Positions 1 through 7,508 of a DNA stretch of 64,000 nucleotides are shown here, in pieces. A model generated the notes under the pieces. That model did not search any database and was not told where the DNA came from. It saw only the letters and a list, made by a program, of their open reading frames with translations. A program made the translations under genes and the position numbers. The DNA comes from an uncultured Bacilli bacterium (GTDB lineage: Bacteria > Bacillota_I > Bacilli_A > RFN20 > CAG-826). The stretch spans positions 26,100-90,099 of the forward strand of contig CALVOX010000005.1 in the NCBI GenBank assembly GCA_944350425.1. The letters are read 5' to 3'. How positions within the stretch are numbered: the stretch's first letter is position 1; each line of letters begins with the position of its first letter.

Positions 1-665
1 CTATCTAAAGCATAAGAGAATCTCATTTTTGCATCAAATAATGCGTCACTAGTTTGTTTTTGCTCAACATTAGTTGTCTTTGGTTCAATAATTCTTGAGA
101 AATTATCTAAGAACAAATCCTTATCTTTTTCGTTTTGATTTAATAAATCAACAACTAAAGTCAAATTATTACCGCTCAAAGAAGATGTAATCTTATAATT
201 TTTCTTTGAAATACCAATTTTTCCAAGTAAAGTTTTTGTTGAACGAACAATGCCTTCAACGTGGTCATCTTCTTTCATATCATAAGTAAAGCTAATATGG
301 AAATCAAAGAATGTAACAAGCGGAACTTCAACCTTTAAGTTTAAAAGTGGAAATTCAACATTTTTATAAATAGTCATATGAGGATAAAGTGCGTAATTTT
401 GGAAAACTAAGCCAATTCCTCTTTTTTCAGGCGAAAGATTAGTAACTTCTTCTTCACCAAACCAAACTTCCCCACTTGTTGGAGTTTGTAAACCAGAAAT
501 CATATATAGAGTTGTTGATTTACCACAACCAGAAGGTCCAAGCAAGCCAACTAAAGTACCGTCAGGAACAGTTAAATCAAAATCATCAACTGCAACAGTG
601 TCTTTAATATGCTTTTTTGGATTTCCTGGGAAAACCTTTGTTATGCCCTTAAGTTTAATTTCCAT
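1..665 (-). CDS. ABC transporter ATP-binding protein (MalK/PotA-like importer ATPase), N-terminal part only; C-terminus lies beyond the window edge
   Basis: Absent from the ORF track because no stop falls in the window. Minus-strand ATG at 663-665 with AAAGGAG 6 nt upstream. Hand translation MEIKLKGITKVFPGNPKK...GTLVGLLGPSGCGKSTTLYMISGL (Walker A)...GIGLVFQNYALYPHMT (Q-loop). More than 100 aa without ABC motifs follow before the window ends. Confidence 0.85.
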   Translation of the reverse strand, partial: MEIKLKGITKVFPGNPKKHIKDTVAVDDFDLTVPDGTLVGLLGPSGCGKSTTLYMISGLQTPTSGEVWFGEEEVTNLSPEKRGIGLVFQNYALYPHMTIYKNVEFPLLNLKVEVPLVTFFDFHISFTYDMKEDDHVEGIVRSTKTLLGKIGISKKNYKITSSLSGNNLTLVVDLLNQNEKDKDLFLDNFSRIIEPKTTNVEQKQTSDALFDAKMRFSYALD

Positions 666-676
666 ATATAACTCCT

Positions 677-2212
677 TTATTTACGAATGATAAGTGTTCC
701 GTCATCAATAACATCTTGGTTAATTTTAAGTTTATCTCTTCTTCTCTTCTCAGCATTATTTTTAGCTGCGATAACAAAGTATCTAATAAAGTAACCAACA
801 AGAATAATACTTGCGACACCAAGAACAATAATATAAGGATCTGTTGGATTATAAACAACGAGTGAGTTTGCAAATGTTGTCGACCTAATCACAATAAAAA
901 CAACTAACAGCAATACTGACTCAATTGTTAAATAGCCCATCGTAGCAGTTGTAGCATAAGATTTTGTATTCATTCTCTTAAATTCATCGTTTCTATTCTT
1001 TTTCTTTAAGTAGAAATATGAAGGAACAACAATTCCTAAGAATATTAATGTCGATAGACCAAATGTTAAACCGACAATTAGATTATAATTAATATTAAAT
1101 GTACCTGTAACTTCACTCGAAATAGTAACTCCCGAAGAATCTTTTAAATCTTCCATTCCAGTATAAATACGACCAAATCTTTGATTGAAAGTTGTTCTAT
1201 TTAAATCTCTTCCAGTATCTGGATTATAAATTCCTAATTGATAGTATAAATCATAAATTTCTACTTTTTCTATATCACTGGCATCAATATTTTCAAAAAG
1301 TAAAACAACTTGACCACCGCCTGTAACTTCATATTGCATAGAGGTTGATTCTAATCTTTGGATTGTGCCATCTTTACGTGTTAATACGAACTCTGTATCA
1401 CCACCAAAGGAAAGAATACTTCTAATATAATATCTTCCATCGTTAATATAATCTTCATATTCCATATAAGCTCTAGCAGTAGTTGCGTTTAACGATTCAT
1501 AAAGTGCTCTTCCTCTATCATCGACATTAAATGCAAAAGTAGAATAGCCAGAGAAATTGCTGCTACCTTTATAACTTAATTTAAAAAAATCTTCAGAATT
1601 ATATATTGGAGCAAAAACATTTGCATCTAATGATGTAGTTATACATGCAGAATATGTTGGATTATCTAAATCTACAGTTCTTGTATCGGTGTTATAAGGA
1701 AAAATATTAAAGAGTTCAATACCCATATCATAAAGGACTTCTTCGCCATAAGCTATGTCAATGTCACAATAAGTGTTTAAAGAATTAGCACCTAAAGAAG
1801 AACCTAGCCCATCATAATTATTGTTTTGTTGAGCCTTATTAATTGCTGCGCTTCTTTGAACGATTTGACCATCAGTTTGTTTCACATAAAACCTTAAAGA
1901 TGCAGGTAAATATTCATCACCCTCGCCTAAATAACCGACATAATAGTTATTTTGTAAATTTGCTGTTTCGGAAAAATTAATTAAAACTTGAAACGATGCA
2001 CTTAATTCAGTAACAGCATATGATCTAAGTTGGACAGTCAAGTCAGCATTTAATGTACCTAGTTCAGTATCGATTTCATTATTTTCATGAACGATATCAC
2101 TTCTTGAAGTAGTTTCAACTAATGAAACATTAGACTTATTTGAAGTAAATGAACAAGTAGCTACCCCTATAAAAAGGTATAAAAAACTCAAAGCTAATTT
2201 TTTAAACTTCAT
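677..2212 (-). CDS. Lipoprotein-like surface protein with three C-terminal transmembrane helices, unknown function
   Basis: Signal peptide with lipobox (LFIGVATC/S), a polar ectodomain of about 385 aa, three hydrophobic helices and a basic tail. The stop is 11 nt upstream of the ABC ATPase start. No family recognised. Confidence 0.6.
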   Translation of the reverse strand: MKFKKLALSFLYLFIGVATCSFTSNKSNVSLVETTSRSDIVHENNEIDTELGTLNADLTVQLRSYAVTELSASFQVLINFSETANLQNNYYVGYLGEGDEYLPASLRFYVKQTDGQIVQRSAAINKAQQNNNYDGLGSSLGANSLNTYCDIDIAYGEEVLYDMGIELFNIFPYNTDTRTVDLDNPTYSACITTSLDANVFAPIYNSEDFFKLSYKGSSNFSGYSTFAFNVDDRGRALYESLNATTARAYMEYEDYINDGRYYIRSILSFGGDTEFVLTRKDGTIQRLESTSMQYEVTGGGQVVLLFENIDASDIEKVEIYDLYYQLGIYNPDTGRDLNRTTFNQRFGRIYTGMEDLKDSSGVTISSEVTGTFNINYNLIVGLTFGLSTLIFLGIVVPSYFYLKKKNRNDEFKRMNTKSYATTATMGYLTIESVLLLVVFIVIRSTTFANSLVVYNPTDPYIIVLGVASIILVGYFIRYFVIAAKNNAEKRRRDKLKINQDVIDDGTLIIRK

Positions 2213-2320
2213 GACTTAATTATATCGATTAGAACATTCAATAACAACCTTAAAATTAATAATATCACATTAAAGCTTATAAGTGCTTTTGTTCGTAAGA
2301 ATAAACGAAATTTTTTGTTC

Positions 2321-3322
2321 TTAAAGTTTCCTAGTTGGATTAAAATCACTCAATTTCATTCGATTTTCTTCTTTCGAAACTTCGAATTTATCTTTAAAAA
2401 CTTTTGTTCCATAAGTATCGATTTCAATGATTCCTAGCATATAATCGTGGAAATTTTGCTTTTTCATAGAAAAAGCAGACATGGATAAAGAGATAATTAA
2501 AGGAATACCTAAGGTTGCAACCGATAAAATCACTTCGAGAAATAAAAAGATTACGAATCTTAAAGTAAACTTCCAAAATTTAACGTTATAATTATTTGAA
2601 TCAAGTAGCCCAATTCTCATTGAAAGTCTTCCTAAAGTTTTTCTTCCTCTCCAAAAAATTAAAGGAATAACATAAAACGTAATTATTGCCGAAAAAACGA
2701 TTCCACATGGAATTTCGACAAAAAATAACATATAAGATAAAAACTTTTGATAATCTAATACATTAGGTGTTTTAATAACAAATTCAGCTAAAGCAATATT
2801 ATCAATATAAGGCATGTAAACATTGTTGTTATATTGAGCAATAGGGATGTTTGCCTCTAAATTTTTAACTACTTCTCCGTTTTCGTTTTTAATAAAATAA
2901 GATTCATTGTTATAAGTGAGGTCACTTCTTGAAATTAATTCTAAATATTCATTTGTTAATTCTTCTTTATATTCAGGAAGTGAATCAAAAAAATCATATA
3001 TTCTAGTTGTTAAGAATGTTTCGATTTCGCTAGAAGACATATCTTTTCGATAGTTGATATAAGTAACAATATCTTCGACACGGTCTCTATCACTTGAATA
3101 AATATATAAAGATGAATTTACTTGAGCGACTTCTAAATTATGGTTAATTTCATAAAATTTTGGAGTAGCTTCTACTATTCCTTTTGCTCCCATAAAAAGA
3201 AGTAAACCTAAAATAGCAAAAACGACGAAGTCAATAATCATCGCTCCAAACTTTTGTGAGAATCTCGCACGATAATAAGTCAAGTCTATTTTCTTTTTTG
3301 TTTCCACGTGATTATTTTCCAT
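2321..3322 (-). CDS. RDD-family membrane protein with large extracytoplasmic insert (cassette 2, b-type)
   Basis: N-terminal R..FGAMIIDFVVF TM1, an insert of about 150 aa, then a TM bundle with WRGRKTLGRLSMRIGLL and C-terminal QNFHDYMLG. This is the RDD-domain pattern. The start overlaps the upstream gene by 11 nt. Confidence 0.6.
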   Translation of the reverse strand: MENNHVETKKKIDLTYYRARFSQKFGAMIIDFVVFAILGLLLFMGAKGIVEATPKFYEINHNLEVAQVNSSLYIYSSDRDRVEDIVTYINYRKDMSSSEIETFLTTRIYDFFDSLPEYKEELTNEYLELISRSDLTYNNESYFIKNENGEVVKNLEANIPIAQYNNNVYMPYIDNIALAEFVIKTPNVLDYQKFLSYMLFFVEIPCGIVFSAIITFYVIPLIFWRGRKTLGRLSMRIGLLDSNNYNVKFWKFTLRFVIFLFLEVILSVATLGIPLIISLSMSAFSMKKQNFHDYMLGIIEIDTYGTKVFKDKFEVSKEENRMKLSDFNPTRKL

Positions 3323-4433
3323 AACCTAATTCTTCATAATATTGGTTTAAACTTGATTCATCTACTACTATTGAATTAGTAGTGATTTCTTTAAGTGATG
3401 TATTAAATGTTGTAAAAATTGTAATAAACAGATTTATAACAACAATAATTAAAGCGATTAAAGATGGTAAATACAGGATTGGCAAAGAGAATAAATAAGA
3501 TAAACCTACTCTAAGAAAAGGAATTAAAAACATTAAAGTCATAGCATCGATTACTTTAAATAACGATACACTAATAACCATATTTCTTTTTAAATAAGAC
3601 ATATCATTTTTATTTATTCTTTCAACTTTTAATATTTTTTCAATTAAAGTTTGTCTTTTATTATTTGTTAAAGGAATAACAAAATATAAAACGACACATG
3701 TAATAACAAATGAAATATAAGAACAGATTATATAATCGTTTTGTAAAACATATTCGTTATCTTCTATATCGTTTCTAAGCGATAAATAAGAGTAAGTTCC
3801 ATCAAGTGATTTTAAATCATTAAGAGCAATATCATCAGTTAAAGCACCAAAAAGTTTAACAAATACATTATCTCGAAAATTATTAAAATCTTCATAAGCT
3901 TCAGTTGACATCTCATCACCTTCAAGATAGTTATGTGAGAAAGCTTCTTTATATTCTTCTTTTAGTTTATAAGTACCTAAAGAAGTAAAAGATGAGGTAT
4001 CAAAATATTCTTCTCCATAAAGAAGATAAAACTCATTGATTCTATCAACTTTATCTTCTTTATAGTTCACAACATAATTTACAAAAATTTCTTTATTTTC
4101 ATCTTCTTTATCTTCAAAAACATAATATTTAATTAATAAAGAATTTGTATATTCCAAACTATCGTTAATGTTATAAACATTAGTGTTATCTTCATAAAAA
4201 AGTAATTCTCTTTCATAAAGAAGTCTAAATATTTTTTCTTGAGAAGATGAAATATTTTCGGTTATTTGATCATATTTTATTATTGGTCTAGAAATTTGAA
4301 AGATTACTAATTCGAAAAGAATAGTCGAAATAATTAAAGTTAAAAATATTTCTCCTAAAAATACTAAAATTCTTCTTCCTACCTTTGTTGGGTATATATC
4401 TATATGTTTTTTATTCTCTTCGTTAATTTCCAT
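3312..4433 (-). CDS. RDD-like membrane protein with large extracytoplasmic insert (cassette 2, a-type)
   Basis: N-terminal VGRRILVFLGEIF TM1, an acidic/aromatic ectodomain of about 200 aa, then a C-terminal TM bundle with KRQTLIEKILKVERI and a ..SLKEITTNSIVVD tail. Paralogous in layout to 6313-7503. Confidence 0.55.
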   Translation of the reverse strand: MEINEENKKHIDIYPTKVGRRILVFLGEIFLTLIISTILFELVIFQISRPIIKYDQITENISSSQEKIFRLLYERELLFYEDNTNVYNINDSLEYTNSLLIKYYVFEDKEDENKEIFVNYVVNYKEDKVDRINEFYLLYGEEYFDTSSFTSLGTYKLKEEYKEAFSHNYLEGDEMSTEAYEDFNNFRDNVFVKLFGALTDDIALNDLKSLDGTYSYLSLRNDIEDNEYVLQNDYIICSYISFVITCVVLYFVIPLTNNKRQTLIEKILKVERINKNDMSYLKRNMVISVSLFKVIDAMTLMFLIPFLRVGLSYLFSLPILYLPSLIALIIVVINLFITIFTTFNTSLKEITTNSIVVDESSLNQYYEELGYGK

Positions 4434-4493
4434 CTTAAATATTAAACATTATAAAAGAGGAATTAACAATAAAGAATTTATGTAGCTTACTTA

Positions 4494-5092
4494 CTAATCT
4501 AAAAAATATCTACGGCTTAAATATAAAATAATTTCCACAAAATTTGAAGATAATAATAATAATGCCGATAAAAGTATAGCAAAGGATAAAACCATCAAAA
4601 TCAGAGATACAATATATTTAATTCTATCAATCATTAGCGCCTTTCCATAAAAAACCAAAGCTGAAAATACATAAGCAATTGAAAATAAACTAATACACAA
4701 AAACAATAATGCTGATACGAGAAAAAATATAGTCCATATATCAGTAAGGTAGCGTCTATAGGTATCTACTTTGTTTAAGTTATAAATTGTCAGAATTAAG
4801 ACTAAGAAAAATATAGAAGAAATAATAGATAATAAATTGAAAAAATTTATTTTAGTGAATTTATTAGATCTTGAACATTGTTTGTCCTTATATTCAGCCA
4901 TTATTTCGTCTTTGTCTTTATCACTAAACTCAAAATAATTTGTTATTCTTAATAATTTTTCGAAAGACGGAGAAAAATTATATTTTTTTATTTGTTTTAT
5001 TTCTTTATCAGTTAAAGATAAATCTGATTTTAAAACATCTAAATCAAGCTTTCTTTCATTAATTTGTCTAAAATTTTAAATTCTAATACCAT
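4494..5092 (-). pseudogene. Disrupted XRE-type HTH / multi-TM membrane protein gene (frameshifted or interrupted)
   Basis: GGAGG plus 5 nt plus ATG (5090-5092) opens MVLEFKILDKLMKESLI*, with stop at 5039-5041. A neighbouring frame reads NFRQINERKLDLDVLKSDLSLTDKEIKQIKKYNFSPSFEKLLRITNYFEFS, which is HTH_3-like, running straight into the 135-aa 3-4 TM ORF 4494-4901. That frame is closed upstream by TAA at 5076-5078. Confidence 0.55.
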
Positions 5093-5264
5093 ATTTACCT
5101 CCAATAAACTTTTTTGCTTCCTTCAATCGAGTGCTCATTTCCTATATAAATTATATCTTTTTAGCCCGCTTCAGCTTCTACTTCGATTGATTCCATCGAC
5201 ACAAATTCTTCTTAATTTTTATCTCTTTGATAATTCTCATATTCAACGTGTCCATTCTTCATAG

Positions 5265-5363
5265 CTAATTTCCAGGAACAAACATAAAACTGTTTTCTAA
5301 ATTTTTAAATGAGCAAAGAGAAAGGAAGATTAAAGCCATGCTCAAAAAAGATTTAATTTTCAT
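5265..5363 (-). CDS. 32-aa mini-lipoprotein-like ORF or remnant of a decayed lipoprotein gene
   Basis: AGGAGG 6 nt upstream of the ATG. Product MKIKSFLSMALIFLSLC/SFKNLENSFMFVPGN has a signal peptide and lipobox Cys. Downstream frames contain short broken ORFs. Confidence 0.3.
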   Translation of the reverse strand: MKIKSFLSMALIFLSLCSFKNLENSFMFVPGN

Positions 5364-5396
5364 CTTTTTCCTCCTACATTTGTTACTCTTATTATT

Positions 5397-6329
5397 CTAA
5401 TTTTTATAATTCTCGTAAATGAACTCGTTATAATCCTTATAAAACTTCTTATTTTCATAAGATAAAGAGTAAGTATTAGTAATATATTCATTAAAATTTT
5501 GATGCGTTTTAGATAAAACCATCATTCCAAAAGAAAAGATTAAAGGGATAAAGAAAGTTAGCAAAGATAATATATTTTCAATAAAGAAATTAATTAAAAA
5601 TTTAACTAAATATCTTCTTTTAGATAAACACATTCCATTAACGCCTAAACTACCATATTTAAATATTAGTTTAGAAAGAGTTAAATTACCACGTGGTAAG
5701 ATAAAAACAGGAACAATAAGGTAAAGTATAAGATAAGATATAATATAAGAAGATACTATTCCAATAATCTCTAAATTAGTAAGATTAGAAGAAGTTAAAC
5801 GATATGTTTCGTTATTTAAAAAGTACCCGCTTGATTCATCTAATACCTTTACATAGAAACTATAAATAGATGAATAAGATGCATTAATATTAATTTCATA
5901 TTCTTTACTTTCTTCATCATAAATAAATATCTCAGGATTATCGTGTTTATATTTTTCTAATGTTTCTTTACCTATATTTGAGGTCTTGCTATAAATATTT
6001 AAATCGATATAAAAATAATTTAGTCTATTATCTATTTCATTAATTTTATATTCATAAGTATAATCTTTATTTGAATCTAAATATTCATCAATTCTTAGTA
6101 TTTTATCATCATCTTTAACATATAATTTAGATTCTAATAAGATATTATTTATAGTATTTAGTTTATTTTCATAGTAACTAGAATTATGTAAGATTAAAAA
6201 ATAAGAAGAATATAAAATTAATGAAAGTAAAAGTAAAAATATAATATCTAAAATACTAGAAATAATTCTTTTAGATACTTTTACTTCATCATAATGTAGT
6301 TCTACTTTTTTATTACTTACTTGTTCCAT
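5397..6329 (-). CDS. RDD-family membrane protein with large extracytoplasmic insert (cassette 1, b-type)
   Basis: N-terminal KRIISSILDIIFLLLL TM1, an N/Y/K/E-rich insert, then a TM bundle with LPRGNLTLSKLIFKYGSLGV and C-terminal QNFNEYITN. Overlaps the upstream gene by 17 nt. Confidence 0.6.
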   Translation of the reverse strand: MEQVSNKKVELHYDEVKVSKRIISSILDIIFLLLLSLILYSSYFLILHNSSYYENKLNTINNILLESKLYVKDDDKILRIDEYLDSNKDYTYEYKINEIDNRLNYFYIDLNIYSKTSNIGKETLEKYKHDNPEIFIYDEESKEYEININASYSSIYSFYVKVLDESSGYFLNNETYRLTSSNLTNLEIIGIVSSYIISYLILYLIVPVFILPRGNLTLSKLIFKYGSLGVNGMCLSKRRYLVKFLINFFIENILSLLTFFIPLIFSFGMMVLSKTHQNFNEYITNTYSLSYENKKFYKDYNEFIYENYKN

Positions 6330-7503
6330 TGTTATTAGTACTAATATTATATTCTTCTTTATCTTTAATTATTATCTTACTTAAATAATTAATCATTGTT
6401 TGTTTATTTTTATTAAAATAAGAATATATCGCATTTAAGATCGATAAAAGTAAAGTAAAGATAATAATTACTAAAAAAGATATATTAAAAAAAGATACAT
6501 TTAATAAGTTAAAAGAAGAATAAAAGAATAGATATACAAAGAATAAGATATAAATATTAAATATAAAGCTTAAAACTAAGGATATTAAATATTGATATAA
6601 CTTTAGTTTACTTTTATTAGTTTTTTTATTTATTCCAATAACTTTAAATAGCTTATATATAAAATTAGTATCAGATTTAAAGATTAATCTAGGAAGTAAC
6701 TCTAGCAATAAAAAAGATATGAAATATGAAATAAATATTTCCACTAATAAAAGTAAACTGTATTTATTCGTGTTTTCATCAAGTTTAATTAAATTATCTT
6801 TATATATATTGTTATTACTTTCAAAATCTTCGATTAATTCATTATAAAATAAGCTATAGTTACTTAAATATTCATCATATAGTTCTTTATATTTAGAAGA
6901 ATAATCTTCTTCAAATACATATTTAATTAAGCTTAAAGCTATATCATCTTGATATTCAAAATAAGATTTACCTAAATAATTATTCTTATAATATTTAGAT
7001 AAATATTTATTAAATAAAGAATTAATAAATTCATTATTTTGAGTATCATTAATCTTTAAATATGTAGGTCTATAGGTAAATAAATAATAATTTATATTTT
7101 CTTCTTTACTTAGATCATTAAATTCTTGATAGTTAGATACTAATTCTCCTCTAACATCAATATTATTATTAACTATATAAGTTTTTAATTCTCTTCTTAT
7201 TTCTTTATAAATAACTTCATCGACATCTAATAATACTTTATTATTACTTTCTTCTTCATATTCAAGTAAAGAAGAGGATAAAGCTTCATGATATAAATTA
7301 TTTCTAATCGATACATTATTGTTAATAAGATCTTTAGAGACATTAGTTAAATCTCCTAAGGGTTTAATAATTAAACCTTGGATAAAACATACTAAAATTA
7401 GTAATGAAAAAATAGAAGCTAGGTAGATTAAAAACCTTCTACTTCTTTTAGTTACTAAATTATTAGAATAATCTTTATTTAATTCATTAACTTTTATTTT
7501 CAT
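6313..7503 (-). CDS. RDD-like membrane protein with large extracytoplasmic insert (cassette 1, a-type)
   Basis: N-terminal RSRRFLIYLASIF TM1, an ectodomain of about 200 aa, then a C-terminal TM bundle with FIYKLFKVIGINKK and QTMINYLSKIIIKD. The ATG is 5 nt after the SIR2-like stop, with no SD. Confidence 0.55.
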   Translation of the reverse strand: MKIKVNELNKDYSNNLVTKRSRRFLIYLASIFSLLILVCFIQGLIIKPLGDLTNVSKDLINNNVSIRNNLYHEALSSSLLEYEEESNNKVLLDVDEVIYKEIRRELKTYIVNNNIDVRGELVSNYQEFNDLSKEENINYYLFTYRPTYLKINDTQNNEFINSLFNKYLSKYYKNNYLGKSYFEYQDDIALSLIKYVFEEDYSSKYKELYDEYLSNYSLFYNELIEDFESNNNIYKDNLIKLDENTNKYSLLLLVEIFISYFISFLLLELLPRLIFKSDTNFIYKLFKVIGINKKTNKSKLKLYQYLISLVLSFIFNIYILFFVYLFFYSSFNLLNVSFFNISFLVIIIFTLLLSILNAIYSYFNKNKQTMINYLSKIIIKDKEEYNISTNNNGTSK

Positions 7504-7508
7504 TAATA

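Noticed and set aside
5079-5138. ATG at 5136-5138 giving MSTRLKEAKKFIGGKYGIRI, which looks like the start of an HTH protein and is in frame with the 135-aa TM ORF.
   Set aside because: It is terminated by an in-frame TAA at 5076-5078 and has only a weak, badly spaced SD. The GGAGG-preceded ATG at 5090-5092 is a more convincing original start, so I treat this as part of the same disrupted locus and not a separate gene.
5064-5264. 66-aa plus-strand ORF in the decayed region between the RDD cassettes.
   Set aside because: It has no SD, a low-complexity sequence and no recognisable motif. It lies antisense to the better supported HTH remnant and mini-lipoprotein debris.
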